DNA from: an uncultured Alphaproteobacteria bacterium
GTDB taxonomy: Bacteria > Pseudomonadota > Alphaproteobacteria > Caulobacterales > Hyphomonadaceae
NCBI GenBank assembly: GCA_963784415.1
Contig: CAWARK010000001.1
Location: 10,335 to 74,334 of the forward strand
Direction of reading: 5' to 3'
Length of the DNA stretch: 64,000 nt
Below the pieces are notes generated by a model. That model saw only the letters and a program-made list of their open reading frames with translations. It was not told where the DNA came from and made no database searches. The position numbers and the translations under genes are program-made. This document shows, piece after piece, positions 1 through 10,411 of this stretch (positions are counted from its first letter, which is position 1; each line of letters begins with the position of its first letter).

Positions 1-1
1 C

Positions 2-1069
2 CTGCCTGAATCCCGCCTGCGCCAGATGATCGACCGCTTCGAGCAGGTCGAGGCGCGCATGGGCGTGGCGACGGACGCGAAGGAGATCGTGCAGCTTTCG
101 CGCGATCATGCCGAGCTGAAGCGGATCGCCGAGAAGGCGCGCGAGGTGCTGTCGCTGCGCAGCCAGCTCGCCGAGGCGGAGCAGGTGATCGAGGATCCGG
201 GCGCGGATCGCGACTTCATCAACATGGCGATCGAGGAGCGCGCGGAGATCCGGGCGAAGCTGCCCGATATCGAGCGCGAGATGCAGCTGATGCTGCTGCC
301 CAAGGATCGCGACGATGATGGTTCGGCGATCATCGAGGTGCGCGCGGGCACGGGCGGCGACGAGGCGGCGCTGTTCGCGGGCGACCTGTGGCGCATGTAC
401 CAGCGCTATGCCTCGGGGCGCGGCTGGCAGGTTGAGCTGGTCTCGGCGACCGAAGGCGAGATGGGCGGCTACAAGGAAGTCGTGGCGCAGCTGAATGGGT
501 CGGGCGTGTTCGGGCGCATGAAGTTCGAGAGCGGCGTGCATCGCGTGCAGCGCGTGCCGGCGACGGAAGCGCAGGGCCGCGTCCACACGTCGGCGGCGAC
601 GGTGGCGATCCTGCCGGTGCCGGAAGAAGTGAACATCGAGGTACGCGACCAGGATATCCGCATCGACACCTATCGGTCGTCGGGCGCGGGCGGACAGCAC
701 GTCAACAAGACGGACTCGGCGGTGCGTATCACACACTTGCCCACGAATATCGTGGTGACGTCGTCGGAGAAGTCGCAGCACGAGAACCGCCGCAAGGCGA
801 TGGAGCAGCTGAAGATCCGGCTTTATGAGCGCGAGCGCGAGGCGAAGGATTCAGCACGGTCGGCTGCGCGCAAGTTGCAGGTTGGATCGGGCGACCGCTC
901 GGAACGCATCCGCACGTACAATTTTCCGCAGGGCCGCGTGACGGACCACCGCATCAACTTCACGGCGTACAATCTCGATGCGTTCGTGCAGGGCGATGTC
1001 GACGAGCTGATGGACGCGCTGCACGCCGAGGATCAGGCCGAGCGTCTGGCGCAGATGGAGAACGGCTGA
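2..1069 (+). CDS. prfA: Peptide chain release factor 1, 5' end cut by window edge
   Basis: ORF 26..1069 stays open upstream to the window edge (LPESRLRQ precedes the first Met). It has the GGQ motif (SGAGGQHVN) and the RF1-type PAT tripeptide (RVPATEAQG). Length is about 350 aa. Confidence 0.95.
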   Translation: MPESRLRQMIDRFEQVEARMGVATDAKEIVQLSRDHAELKRIAEKAREVLSLRSQLAEAEQVIEDPGADRDFINMAIEERAEIRAKLPDIEREMQLMLLPKDRDDDGSAIIEVRAGTGGDEAALFAGDLWRMYQRYASGRGWQVELVSATEGEMGGYKEVVAQLNGSGVFGRMKFESGVHRVQRVPATEAQGRVHTSAATVAILPVPEEVNIEVRDQDIRIDTYRSSGAGGQHVNKTDSAVRITHLPTNIVVTSSEKSQHENRRKAMEQLKIRLYEREREAKDSARSAARKLQVGSGDRSERIRTYNFPQGRVTDHRINFTAYNLDAFVQGDVDELMDALHAEDQAERLAQMENG

Positions 1070-1098
1070 GGTTGCTTGTTATGGCGCCTGTGAGCACG

Positions 1099-1215
1099 CC
1101 CTCGTGGTTCGACGGGCGGCCCTGCGGGCCTGCTCACCATGAGGGCTAAACAATCAGCGGAAATGTAGCCCTCATGGTGAGCAGCCGCGAAGCGGCGACG
1201 GTCGAACCACGAGGG
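1099..1215. repeat. REP-like composite inverted repeat (two head-to-head units)
   Basis: Outer arms are CCCTCGTGGTTCGAC (1099-1113) and GTCGAACCACGAGGG (1201-1215). Inner arms are TGCTCACCATGAGGGCTA (1131-1148) and TAGCCCTCATGGTGAGCA (1166-1183). Related single units occur at 56528-56572 and 44308-44336. Confidence 0.75.
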
Positions 1216-1231
1216 CGCGCGCAGGCCGGTG

Positions 1232-1979
1232 TTACGGCATCGAAACCGGGGCAGGTACGCCGCCGACGCAATCGGCGGCTTTGGTCTTGATCTCGGCGGC
1301 GGGCGTGTCGTCGAGGACGGCGACGTTGCTTGCGAAAGTACTGAGCCAGTTCGTTGGCGGTGTACTGCGCCTCGGCGCGGGTCTTCCATGCGGTGTAGGC
1401 GTGTTCGAGCGCGGTGACGTCGCCGGGCGGTGTTGCCTTTGAGAGCGCATCGGATTCGAGGCGGATGAAGGTCATGCAGTCGACGGCGGCCTCGCCATCT
1501 TCTGCGGCAGCGGCGGCTTGTGCGCCGAGTTGCTCATCGAGAATGGCGCGGAGGTTGAAGCCTTCGGTTTCGATGTTGTCGACCTTCCAGGCCTCGCCGA
1601 CTTTCACCATGTCCCAGAGGATGGCTTTCTGCTCGCCTTCGAACAGCTTGAAGCTGGCTGCGACCATGGTGTGACCTTCGGTGACGGGCAGGTCCTTGGG
1701 GGGAGCGCCGACCTTGAGGTCCGCGAAGCCAGTGCAGTCCTGGCAGTTACCGGCGATATCCCAGTCGATCACCGAGCCGTCCGCCTTGCTTTCAACTTCC
1801 TGCAGCTTCAGCGCGAGGTCTTCGGTCATCGGGATCGTCGAGATGTCGGTTCCCTTTTCGCCCTTGGAAGCGACGAGCGGCTTGTAGATGCCTTCCACCG
1901 TCGCGGCGGGTTCCGGCGTCGGCGCGGGGGTGCAGGCGGCGATGACGGCAAAGGAAGCGGCGGCGAACAGGCGTTTCAT
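1232..1979 (-). pseudogene. Lipoprotein of unknown function; frame broken as sequenced (probable +1 indel)
   Basis: ORF 1146..1979 starts with the lipoprotein signal MKRLFAAASFAVIAAC. After ...AQYTANELAQYF it becomes an Arg-rich tail that reads through the REP. The neighbouring frame (ORF 1232..1450) continues protein-like: ASNVAVLDDTPAAEIKTKAADCVGGVPAPVSMP*. 748 nt is 3n+1. The likely extra base lies in the AAA run at 1335-1337. Confidence 0.6.
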
Positions 1980-2137
1980 AATGACCTCAAGGTTACTGTG
2001 GGCACAGGGCCCGCAAAACCTGGAATTGTCTATCGCTATCGATCACCAGGACGCTGGCTCGCCGGCCCTCGCTTAAGCTCGGGCGTTCGTCGCTCGAATT
2101 GATCCCCCGGATCAATTCGCGCCTGCGGCGCCGCTCC

Positions 2138-3091
2138 TCACCCCCACGGGCCGGGCGTGCGCGTGCCGGCCTGCGGCTCGTCCCATGGACCGGGCGCACG
2201 GGCCGGGCGCGGTGCGTTCATTTCCGGTGGCTTCGTCTGCCCGCCGAATTTCGCGGCGAGGGCGGCGACGCGGTTCTGCGTGCTCGGGTGAGTTGAGAAC
2301 AGGTTGTCGGCGCCGTGACCGTTGAGCGGGTTGATGATGAACATGTGCGCTGTAGCCGGATTGCGCTCGGCCTCGAAGTTGACGCGACCGCCACGCGCAT
2401 AGGCGTCGATCTTCTGCAGGGCGGAGGCGAGGGCGGCGGGGTCGCCGGAGATTTCGGCGCCGCCTGCGTCGGCTTCGTATTCGCGGCCACGGCTGATCGC
2501 CATCTGCACGAGCGCCGCCGCCATCGGCGCGAGGATCATGATGGCGATGACGCCGATGAAGCCGCCCGGCCGTTCGCGGTTATTGCCGCCGAAGAAGAAG
2601 GCGAAGTTGGCGAGCGCGGAGATGGCGCCGGCGATGGTGGCGGTGACGGTCATGGTCAGCGTGTCGCGGTTCTTCACGTGCGCGAGCTCGTGACCCATGA
2701 CGGCGCGGATCTCGCGGCGGTCGAGCATGGTCAGCAGGCCGGTAGTGGCGGCGACGGCGGCGTGCGCGGGATCGCGGCCGGTGGCGAAGGCGTTGGGCTG
2801 TTCGCTCTCGATGATGGTGACGCGCGGCGCGGGCAGGCCGGCGCGTTGCGCCATTTCGCGCACGTCGTCGCCATAGGCGCGCACGCGCGCGTCGGGATGG
2901 TCCGGCGGGACGTCCTGCGCGCGGTACATCGACAGCACGATCTTGTCGGCGTTCCAGTAACTGACGAGGTTGCCGACCAGCGCGATGGCGAAGGCGATCG
3001 CCATGCCGGCCGGGCCGCCAATGAGATAGCCGACACCGACGAACAGCGCCGTCAGCGCCGCAAGAAGCATGAAGGTCCGGACGTGGTTCAT
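2138..3091 (-). CDS. htpX: Zinc metalloprotease HtpX (M48 family)
   Basis: HEXXH motif (GHELAHV), N-terminal TM segments, and a typical [17 protein letters not shown] start at the internal Met of ORF 2138..3133. Confidence 0.9.
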   Translation of the reverse strand: MNHVRTFMLLAALTALFVGVGYLIGGPAGMAIAFAIALVGNLVSYWNADKIVLSMYRAQDVPPDHPDARVRAYGDDVREMAQRAGLPAPRVTIIESEQPNAFATGRDPAHAAVAATTGLLTMLDRREIRAVMGHELAHVKNRDTLTMTVTATIAGAISALANFAFFFGGNNRERPGGFIGVIAIMILAPMAAALVQMAISRGREYEADAGGAEISGDPAALASALQKIDAYARGGRVNFEAERNPATAHMFIINPLNGHGADNLFSTHPSTQNRVAALAAKFGGQTKPPEMNAPRPARAPGPWDEPQAGTRTPGPWG

Positions 3092-3153
3092 GCACGTCAA
3101 TGTGGCCCTTCGCAGACGCCAAGCAAGACGCATCCGGGAAGGTGAGCAAAACG

Positions 3154-4323
3154 TCAGAATTTGTGAGCGAGTTGCGCGGGCCTGTCTTTCCGGGAGTTCA
3201 TCTTGAGGCCGAAAAGCGCGCGGAGCAGACCGATATGCCGGATGACGAGGTGGTAGATCGCCAGCGGGATCAGCAGGGCAGCCGATATCAGCAGCGGATA
3301 TTCCAGCCAGAGCGGGAGATGCGCCTGCTCGGCGCCGAGCGCCGCGGCGACGACGATGGGCTGGTGCAGCAGGTAGACGGGCATGATGGCGTCGCTGAGG
3401 TAGCGGAGCTGTGGCGAGTCGTGATTGAGCGTCGTTGAGGCCCAGCCAAGGATCGCGAGCAGGGCGGCTGCGCCATAGAGGCCATCAGCCAGGCCTGTCT
3501 GCCACGCGGGCAGGGTGTGGGCGGAGAGCGTGTCTGCCGCCGCCACGCCCACGGCTGCAAGCATCAGGGTCAGAGCAAGCGGCGTCAGCCATTTGCGCGC
3601 GGCGTTGAGCTGGCGCCAGAAGCTGTCCGAGCGCGCAAACATCAGGCCCAGCAGGAAGGGCGGCAGCGCGCGGAGGTGTCCTGCGGGGTCGTCGAAGAAC
3701 ATGTCGGTGCGGCCGAACGCCGGCTTGAGCACGGCGTCGGAGAGCACGAACAGCGCGGCGATGCCGACGGCCAGCGCGGCAATGGGAAGACGTTCGAGCG
3801 AGGCTTCGATGCGCATCCAGCTGCGCGGCGCAAACCGCCACGCCAGGCCGGCGGCGAGCGCGTAGGCCAAAAGGTAGGCGAGAAACCAGACATGGCCGAG
3901 GTCGGGCAGGTGGAAGCCGAAGACCGTGTGGGCGTGCAGCGGCGTACGCTCGACATAGGCGATGTAGCTGCTGCCGCGCGCCAACGGGTCGGTCATGTAC
4001 CACATGGGCGGCACGAGCAGGACGACCGCCATGAGGAACGGCACGCCGAGGCGGAGGAAGCGGTTGACGGCAAATGTCGAAAGATCGCGGCTTGCGAGCA
4101 TGAAGCGCGTCGCGGCGCCGCCGATGAAGAAGACGAGCGACATGCGCCAGGGCGCGAGCGCTTCGACGATGAGGTCGCCCCACAGGCCGGCATGCTCGCT
4201 GTGCACGCGCCATCCCGTCGTGCGGAAGATGAAGGTGACGTGCGTCAGGATCAGCAGGCCGAGTGCGCCGACGCGCAGCCAGTCGAGATCGCTTCTGCGT
4301 GCTGGCGACGGGACGCCGGGCAT
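3154..4323 (-). CDS. Acyltransferase family 3 (OpgC-like) membrane protein
   Basis: Multi-pass hydrophobic protein with the N-terminal [20 protein letters not shown] signature typical of acyltransferase_3. Start chosen at MPGVPSP. Confidence 0.7.
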   Translation of the reverse strand: MPGVPSPARRSDLDWLRVGALGLLILTHVTFIFRTTGWRVHSEHAGLWGDLIVEALAPWRMSLVFFIGGAATRFMLASRDLSTFAVNRFLRLGVPFLMAVVLLVPPMWYMTDPLARGSSYIAYVERTPLHAHTVFGFHLPDLGHVWFLAYLLAYALAAGLAWRFAPRSWMRIEASLERLPIAALAVGIAALFVLSDAVLKPAFGRTDMFFDDPAGHLRALPPFLLGLMFARSDSFWRQLNAARKWLTPLALTLMLAAVGVAAADTLSAHTLPAWQTGLADGLYGAAALLAILGWASTTLNHDSPQLRYLSDAIMPVYLLHQPIVVAAALGAEQAHLPLWLEYPLLISAALLIPLAIYHLVIRHIGLLRALFGLKMNSRKDRPAQLAHKF

Positions 4324-4484
4324 AAGTCTGTTCCTGCAAAGTCCCCCAGTAGTTTCACGCACAAATCAAGCCAGCCCGGCGTTTACCGATGCTTAATTGC
4401 AGTTGAGAGGACAAAGGTCGCAGAATTATCGCAACGCCTAACGCCAAGGTGGAATCCGCTCGCTGGCGACGCGAGCGGTGCTTA

Positions 4485-4518
4485 GGCAGCTATCGATCCG
4501 GGGCAGCTATCGATCCGG
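4485..4518. repeat. Perfect 17-bp tandem duplication (GGCAGCTATCGATCCGG x2)
   Basis: Read directly from the sequence. It is intergenic, just downstream of the 4533 stop. Confidence 0.85.
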
Positions 4519-4532
4519 AAGGCTGATGGCCG

Positions 4533-5060
4533 TTATTGGACGTTGACGGTGATCTTGTCGGACATGATCGCCGCGGGCTTGTGCAGCTCGTGGTTCATGT
4601 CGCCGAAGACGAGTTGCAGCGTGTGCGGCCCGGGCGGGAGTTGCAGCACGACTTCCGTCTGGCCGCCGCCGAAATGCATGTGCTTGTCATCCTTCGGGAT
4701 GGCGAACTGCTTTTCTTCATCGCTGAGCGTCGTGTCGATCAGGAGGTGGTGGTGGCCCGTGTTGGGCGTGTTGGTGAGCGCGGGCGCGACGCCGATGCCA
4801 TAGGCGCCGAAGACGACGCGGAAGCTCTGCGGTACGGTCATGCCATCGTGCAGGTTGACGAAGTAGACGGCGGGGCCGGGCGTCGCGTGCAACGCCACGG
4901 CGTTCGCCTCCATGTCGCTGATCGTCTGTTCGAGGCTGACGATCCGGTCGGCGGCTTTCGATTCAGCTTCGGTCGCGACGGTCTCGGCGGGCTTGCTTTC
5001 GGTACAGGCGGCGAAGGCGAGCGCAAGGACGGGTGCGGCGAGGAAGACGGCGAGGCGCAT
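4533..5060 (-). CDS. DUF4399-like exported lipoprotein
   Basis: Signal plus lipobox MRLAVFLAAPVLALAFAAC. GHHHLLID and HFGGGQTE motifs are as in DUF4399 proteins. Confidence 0.7.
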   Translation of the reverse strand: MRLAVFLAAPVLALAFAACTESKPAETVATEAESKAADRIVSLEQTISDMEANAVALHATPGPAVYFVNLHDGMTVPQSFRVVFGAYGIGVAPALTNTPNTGHHHLLIDTTLSDEEKQFAIPKDDKHMHFGGGQTEVVLQLPPGPHTLQLVFGDMNHELHKPAAIMSDKITVNVQ

Positions 5061-5217
5061 GGCTGGGTTCCCTTGTTTCATGCGAGGAATAGCACGCCTG
5101 CGCATTCGGGCGAGGGCCTATCGGCTGGGCTTGCCCTGCATCGCGATGGAGCATCCGTGACGTCGCATTGGAGCAGGGGGCTTCGTGTCAGTTCGGCGTC
5201 ATGTTAGCGATGCCGCC

Positions 5218-6198
5218 ATGCGGAGCGTGTGGCTTATTCTCCTGGCCGGGCTGATCTGTGCGGCGCCGGCGCTTGCGCAGACAGCTTATGTAACGCCCCG
5301 TACATCCTTTGGCGCGCCGGACCTGGAAGGCGTGTGGTCGAGCCAGACGGCGACACCGCTGGAGCGTCCGCCGGTGTTCGATGGTCCGACGACGACGGCG
5401 GAAAAGGCGGCGGCTTTCGCCATCGCCAGCCCCGAAGCCTTCACGTCCGACACGAGCGATGGCGTTGGCGCGCGCCAGTCCGAGTGGTGGGAGTTCGGCG
5501 CGCACATGACGTCGTTCAAGGGCGAGATACGCACGTCGCTGATCGTCGATCCGGCGGACGGCAAGATGCCCTACAGCGACGCCGGGCGGGCGAAGCTGCG
5601 CCAGTTGCAGGCGGATGTGTTCGCCAATTTCGACGGCCCCGAAGCGCGGCCCGCGACCGAGCGCTGTCTGGCGGGCGGATCGGGCGCGACGGGCGCGCCG
5701 CTGTTCGTGCCGCGCTACAATGCGAACTATCAGATCGTGCAGACGCCGGACTATCTCGTGCTGTCGATGGAGGCGGGCCGCGAGGCGCGCATCATCCGCA
5801 TCAACGCGCCGCGCCTGCCGCCCGCCATGCATCGCTGGATGGGCGATTCCATCGCGCGTTGGGATGGCGATACGCTGGTGGTGGAGACGATCGGCTTTGT
5901 TCCAGGCGACGCGTTCAAGCCCTCGGCGCCGATTCTCGTGTCCGCGAATGCGCGCGTGACGGAACGCTTTACGCGCATCGCGCCGGGCGAAATCCTGTAC
6001 CGCTACACCGTCGATGATCCCGAGACGTTCAGCCGGCCATGGACGGCGGAAATGATTCTGCACGCGACCAGCGCGCGGATGTTCGAATACGCGTGCCACG
6101 AAGCCAACTATTCGCTGGAAGGCATGCTGGCGGGCGGACGCGCCCACGCGGCATCCCACCCTAGGGGGCCAGAGCAGGCGCTGGACCCCACAGATTGA
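5218..6198 (+). CDS. Secreted protein of unknown function, recurrent family, paralogue 1
   Basis: Sec signal MRSVWLILLAGLICAAPALAQ. It shares the blocks PDLEGVW, ERC, YNANYQIVQTPDY, ARIIRIN, WMGDSIARWDGDTLVVET, VTERFTR, LYRYTVDDPETFSRPW and YACHEANYSL with the genes at 21143, 53789 and 61895. Confidence 0.8.
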   Translation: MRSVWLILLAGLICAAPALAQTAYVTPRTSFGAPDLEGVWSSQTATPLERPPVFDGPTTTAEKAAAFAIASPEAFTSDTSDGVGARQSEWWEFGAHMTSFKGEIRTSLIVDPADGKMPYSDAGRAKLRQLQADVFANFDGPEARPATERCLAGGSGATGAPLFVPRYNANYQIVQTPDYLVLSMEAGREARIIRINAPRLPPAMHRWMGDSIARWDGDTLVVETIGFVPGDAFKPSAPILVSANARVTERFTRIAPGEILYRYTVDDPETFSRPWTAEMILHATSARMFEYACHEANYSLEGMLAGGRAHAASHPRGPEQALDPTD

Positions 6199-6246
6199 GT
6201 CGCAAAACTATTTCAGCGCGGCACGATTTTCATGCTTTGTTCACGA

Positions 6247-6261
6247 GAACATTTGTAGTAC
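6247..6261 (+). promoter_or_regulatory. Putative LexA (SOS) box upstream of recA
   Basis: GAACATTTGTAGTAC is GAAC-N7-GTAC, one mismatch from the alphaproteobacterial GAAC-N7-GAAC direct repeat. It lies 53 nt upstream of the recA ATG and overlaps the palindrome TGTTC-ACGA-GAACA (6238-6251). Confidence 0.35.
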
Positions 6262-6313
6262 ATAATCACTCAACAGGGCTGGAATCGGCAACGTTTGCCG
6301 CACCGCAGCCAGC

Positions 6314-7408
6314 ATGGCAGATGTGGAGATGAAGATGGCGGGCGCCGCTCTCAAGCTGGTGGAATCTAAGGGCATGGACAAGCAGAAGGCGCTGGAAACA
6401 GCCCTTGGCCAGATCGAGCGCAACTTCGGCAAGGGCTCGATCATGCGCCTTGGCGAACAGCGCGCGATGGATATCGAGGCGCTGTCGACCGGGTCGCTGA
6501 GCCTGGACGTGGCGCTTGGCATTGGCGGCCTGCCGCGTGGCCGGATCATCGAAATCTACGGGCCGGAAAGCTCGGGCAAGACGACGCTGGCGCTGCACGT
6601 TATCGCCGAAGCGCAGAAAAGCGGCGGTGTCGGCGCGTTCATCGACGCGGAACACGCCCTTGATCCGGTCTATGCCGGCAAGCTGGGTGTGGACCTCGAC
6701 GACCTTCTGGTCTCGCAGCCGGACACGGGCGAACAGGCGCTGGAAATCGCCGATACGCTGGTTCGTTCCGGCGCGGTCGATGTGCTGGTCATCGACTCGG
6801 TCGCGGCCCTCACGCCGCGCGCCGAACTCGAAGGCGAAATGGGCGACAGCCTGCCGGGTCTTCAGGCCCGACTGATGAGCCAGGCCCTGCGCAAGCTCAC
6901 CGGGTCGATCTCGAAATCCAAGACCATGGTGATCTTCATCAACCAGATCCGGATGAAGATCGGCGTCATGTACGGCTCGCCCGAAACCACCACGGGCGGC
7001 AATGCGCTGAAATTCTACGCGTCCGTGCGCCTCGACATTCGCCGCATCGGCTCGCTCAAGGACCGCGATGAAGTGATCGGCAACCAGACCCGCGTGAAAG
7101 TGGTGAAGAACAAGGTTGCTCCGCCGTTCCGCGAAGTCGAATTCGACATCATCTACGGCGAAGGCATCTCCAAGACCGGCGAGCTGATCGATCTCGGCGT
7201 GAAGGGCAACATCGTCGAGAAATCGGGTTCCTGGTTCTCCTACGGCTCGCAGCGCCTCGGACAGGGTCGCGAGAATGCGCGGAAATTCCTCAAGGAAAAT
7301 CCGGCCATTGCGACCGAGATCGAGGACGCCATTCGCAAGAACTCCGGTGTCATCAACGAGAACCTGCTCGTGCCTGAAGAGCCCGACGCGGACGGCGAAG
7401 AAGAATAG
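6314..7408 (+). CDS. recA: Recombinase RecA
   Basis: Walker [10 protein letters not shown] and full-length RecA similarity ([14 protein letters not shown]..., [37 protein letters not shown]). The start could instead be the ATG at 6335. Confidence 0.97.
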   Translation: MADVEMKMAGAALKLVESKGMDKQKALETALGQIERNFGKGSIMRLGEQRAMDIEALSTGSLSLDVALGIGGLPRGRIIEIYGPESSGKTTLALHVIAEAQKSGGVGAFIDAEHALDPVYAGKLGVDLDDLLVSQPDTGEQALEIADTLVRSGAVDVLVIDSVAALTPRAELEGEMGDSLPGLQARLMSQALRKLTGSISKSKTMVIFINQIRMKIGVMYGSPETTTGGNALKFYASVRLDIRRIGSLKDRDEVIGNQTRVKVVKNKVAPPFREVEFDIIYGEGISKTGELIDLGVKGNIVEKSGSWFSYGSQRLGQGRENARKFLKENPAIATEIEDAIRKNSGVINENLLVPEEPDADGEEE

Positions 7409-7723
7409 GACCAGCGCGGTCGGCCTTGCCCCGCCTCGCAGACTGAATTGGCAGGCCAGCCAAGAAGGCGTCGGTGTTCCCACCGGCGCCTTCCCCTCGT
7501 CTGGCGTCTGGCCCTCATTCAACCGTGGCCCTCATCCGGCCGGTTTCCGGGCGTTTTCCCGGGTCCGTCCGCATTGCTTGACGCAGGGCTGGGCTTTATA
7601 CCGCCCCATGGTCGTGCGCCGGGCTGGGATGGCTGGCGGGGCGACCCCAATTGACCGGTTATGGAGAGCGTTGCCGCCTCAAAAGGAGGCGGGGCGGTAT
7701 CCATAGCCCTGAGGAGCCGCCTG

Positions 7724-10408
7724 ATGACGTCGAACAGCTCGCCCAACAAGTCCGGAACGCCTGCGAGCGTGAACGCCATTCGCGCTGCCTTCCTGAATTA
7801 TTTCGACAAGACCGGTCACACGGTGAAGCCATCATCGTCGCTGGTTCCGCACGGCGACAACACCCTGCTGTTCGTCAACGCCGGCATGGTGCAGTTCAAG
7901 AACATCTTCACGGGCGCGGAGAAGCCGTTCGCGCCGCGCGCGGCGACCTCGCAGAAATGCGTGCGCGCGGGCGGCAAGCACAACGACCTCGACAATGTCG
8001 GCTACACCGCGCGCCACCACACCTTCTTCGAGATGCTCGGCAATTTCTCGTTCGGCGACTATTTCAAGGAGCAGGCGATCGAGCATGCCTGGACGCTGCT
8101 GACGCGCGACTATGGCCTGCCGAAGGAAAAGCTGATGGTCACCGTCTATCACGACGATGACGAGGCGGCCGGCTACTGGAAGAAGATCGCAGGCCTGCCG
8201 GAGTCGAAGATTGTCCGCATCGCGACCAACGACAATTTCTGGATGATGGGCGACACGGGGCCGTGCGGCCCGTGCTCGGAAATCTTCTATGATCATGGCG
8301 ACAAGATCTGGGGCGGCCCGCCGGGCTCGGCCGACCAGGATGGCGACCGGTTCATCGAGATCTGGAACCTCGTCTTCATGCAGTACGAGCAGTTCAATGA
8401 TGGCCGCGAGCGTGTCCCGCTGCCCAAGCCGTCGATCGACACGGGCATGGGCCTCGAGCGTCTCTCGGCGATCCTGCAGGGCGTGCACTCGAACTACGAG
8501 ATCGACCTGTTCGCGAACCTGATCGCGGCTGAGGAAGAACTCTACAGCGTGAAGGCCGCGGGCGATCAGCTCGCCTCGTTCCGCGTCATTGCGGACCACC
8601 TGCGCGCGTCGTCTTTCCTGATCGCCGATGGCGTCTCGCCGTCGAACGAGGGCAGGGGTTATGTGCTCCGCCGCATCATGCGCCGCGCCATGCGCCACGC
8701 GCACATCCTCGGCACGCGCGAGCCGAACATGTTCAACCTCGTCGGCGCGCTGGCGAAGGAGATGGACGAAGCCTATCCGGAACTGAACCGCGCGAAGGAC
8801 GCGATCGAGTCGGCTTTCAGCCAGGAAGAGCAAAGCTTCCAGCGCACGCTGGGCCGTGGCCTGGCGTTGCTCGACGAAGAGACCGCCTCGCTCGGCAAGG
8901 GCGGCGTGCTGAAGGGCGATGTCGCCTTCAAGCTCTACGACACCTACGGCTTCCCGCTCGATCTCACGCAGGACGTGCTGCGCTCGCGCGACATGACGGT
9001 CGATGAGGTGGGCTACAAGGCCGCGATGGAAGAGCAGCGCGAGCAGAGCCGGGAAAATTCGAAGTTCGCGGCGGGTGATGCTTCGGGCGAGGTGTGGTTC
9101 GCGGTGCGCGACGCTTCGGGCGCGACCAGCTTCCAGGGCTATGACGCGGAAGAAACCTCCGGCCGCCTCGTCAATGTCCTTGTCGGCGGCGCGCAGGTGA
9201 AGGCGCTCAAGGCGGGCGACAAGGCCGAACTCGTGTTCGACCAGACGCCACTCTATGCCGAAAGCGGCGGGCAGGCGGGCGACAAGGGCGAGATCTTCTT
9301 CCCCGGCGGCGGCCGCTTCCGTGTCGACGACGTGCAGAAACGTGCGGGCGATGTGTTCGCCCATGTCGGCGAGATGGCAGCGGGTTCGGCCAAGGTCGGC
9401 GATGTCGCCGAGCTGAAGGTCGATCGTGTGCGCCGCGCGAAGATCCGCGCCAACCATTCGGCGACGCACCTGTTGCATGCGGCGCTGCGCAACAAGCTCG
9501 GTAAGCACGTGACGCAGAAGGGTTCGCTGGTCGAGGCGGACTATTTCCGGTTCGACTTCTCGCACACAGCGCCGACGACGCGCGACGAGCTGGAGACGGT
9601 CGAAGCCGAAGTGAACGCGGTGGTGCGCCAGAATGCTCCGGCGGAAATCCGCGTGATGGCGCCGGACAAGGCGATCGAGGCGGGCGCGATGGCGCTGTTC
9701 GGCGAGAAATACGGCGATGAAGTGCGTGTGCTGCGCCTCGGCAATTCGGTGAGCGAGGCCAATGCGCCTTACTCGGTCGAGCTCTGTGGCGGCACGCACG
9801 TCGCGCGCACCGGCGACATTGCGGTGTTCGTCATCACCTCTGAAGGCGGCGTCGCGCAGGGCGTGCGCCGGATCGAAGGCGTAACGGGCGAGGCGGCGCT
9901 CAACTTCCTCAAGGCGCGCGGCAACATCGCGCGCGAGATCGCGGATCAGTTCAAGGCGCCGATCGCCGATGCGCCTGCGCGTGTCGCAGCGCTGGCCGAG
10001 CAACGCAAGAAGCTCGAGATGGAATTGGCGGACGCCCGCAAGAAACTTGCGATGGGCGGTGGTGGCGCAGCGTCCGGGCCGGAAGAGGTCAACGGCATAA
10101 AGTTCATCGGCAAGATCGTCGATGTGCCTGCGAAGGATCTGAAGTCGCTGGCAGATGAAGCCAAGACGTCGCTCGGCTCCGGCGTGGTCGTGTTCGTCGC
10201 TACGGCGGAGGGCAAGGCCACCGTGGTTGTTGGCGTCACCAACGACCTGACCAAGCGCTTCCCCGCCGGCGATCTCGTCACCAAGGCTGTGCAGGCGGTC
10301 GGCGGCGCGAAGGGCGGCGGGCGGCCCGACATGGCGCAAGGCGGCGGGCCTGACGGCGACAAGGCGAACGACGCCATTGCCGCCGTGAAGGCGATGCTCG
10401 CGGGCTGA
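7724..10408 (+). CDS. alaS: Alanine--tRNA ligase
   Basis: An 894-aa AlaRS with [34 protein letters not shown] and the editing-domain [14 protein letters not shown] 7724 is preceded by GAGGAG at 7711-7716. Confidence 0.97.
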   Translation: MTSNSSPNKSGTPASVNAIRAAFLNYFDKTGHTVKPSSSLVPHGDNTLLFVNAGMVQFKNIFTGAEKPFAPRAATSQKCVRAGGKHNDLDNVGYTARHHTFFEMLGNFSFGDYFKEQAIEHAWTLLTRDYGLPKEKLMVTVYHDDDEAAGYWKKIAGLPESKIVRIATNDNFWMMGDTGPCGPCSEIFYDHGDKIWGGPPGSADQDGDRFIEIWNLVFMQYEQFNDGRERVPLPKPSIDTGMGLERLSAILQGVHSNYEIDLFANLIAAEEELYSVKAAGDQLASFRVIADHLRASSFLIADGVSPSNEGRGYVLRRIMRRAMRHAHILGTREPNMFNLVGALAKEMDEAYPELNRAKDAIESAFSQEEQSFQRTLGRGLALLDEETASLGKGGVLKGDVAFKLYDTYGFPLDLTQDVLRSRDMTVDEVGYKAAMEEQREQSRENSKFAAGDASGEVWFAVRDASGATSFQGYDAEETSGRLVNVLVGGAQVKALKAGDKAELVFDQTPLYAESGGQAGDKGEIFFPGGGRFRVDDVQKRAGDVFAHVGEMAAGSAKVGDVAELKVDRVRRAKIRANHSATHLLHAALRNKLGKHVTQKGSLVEADYFRFDFSHTAPTTRDELETVEAEVNAVVRQNAPAEIRVMAPDKAIEAGAMALFGEKYGDEVRVLRLGNSVSEANAPYSVELCGGTHVARTGDIAVFVITSEGGVAQGVRRIEGVTGEAALNFLKARGNIAREIADQFKAPIADAPARVAALAEQRKKLEMELADARKKLAMGGGGAASGPEEVNGIKFIGKIVDVPAKDLKSLADEAKTSLGSGVVVFVATAEGKATVVVGVTNDLTKRFPAGDLVTKAVQAVGGAKGGGRPDMAQGGGPDGDKANDAIAAVKAMLAG

Positions 10409-10411
10409 CCC

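Noticed and set aside
1104-1116. GGTTCGA motif resembling a tRNA T-loop, also present at 56531
   Set aside because: It is part of the REP family A unit, and no acceptor or anticodon arms can be folded around it. I found no tRNA in the window.
1070-1231. Expected prmC (hemK) downstream of prfA
   Set aside because: It is not present. prfA is followed by a REP pair and a convergent lipoprotein gene, which is simply a different gene order and not an anomaly needing explanation.
6266-7522. 418-aa minus-strand ORF, and similar long ORFs at 2315-3145, 3517-4485, 12406-13692, 25194-26102, 26225-26992, 31585-32472, 36648-38162, 38388-39434, 39458-41017, 45079-46461, 46730-47992, 48058-49026, 51838-53496, 53678-54736, 57475-58782, 59509-60711, 61017-61889 and 61586-62578
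   Set aside because: Each is antisense to, or out of frame with, a gene that has strong family motifs. High G+C suppresses stop codons in non-coding frames.
7832-10339. 835-aa ORF on the minus strand
   Set aside because: It is exactly antisense to alaS. The Arg/Ala/His-rich composition is typical of GC-rich antisense frames, and it has no recognisable domains.
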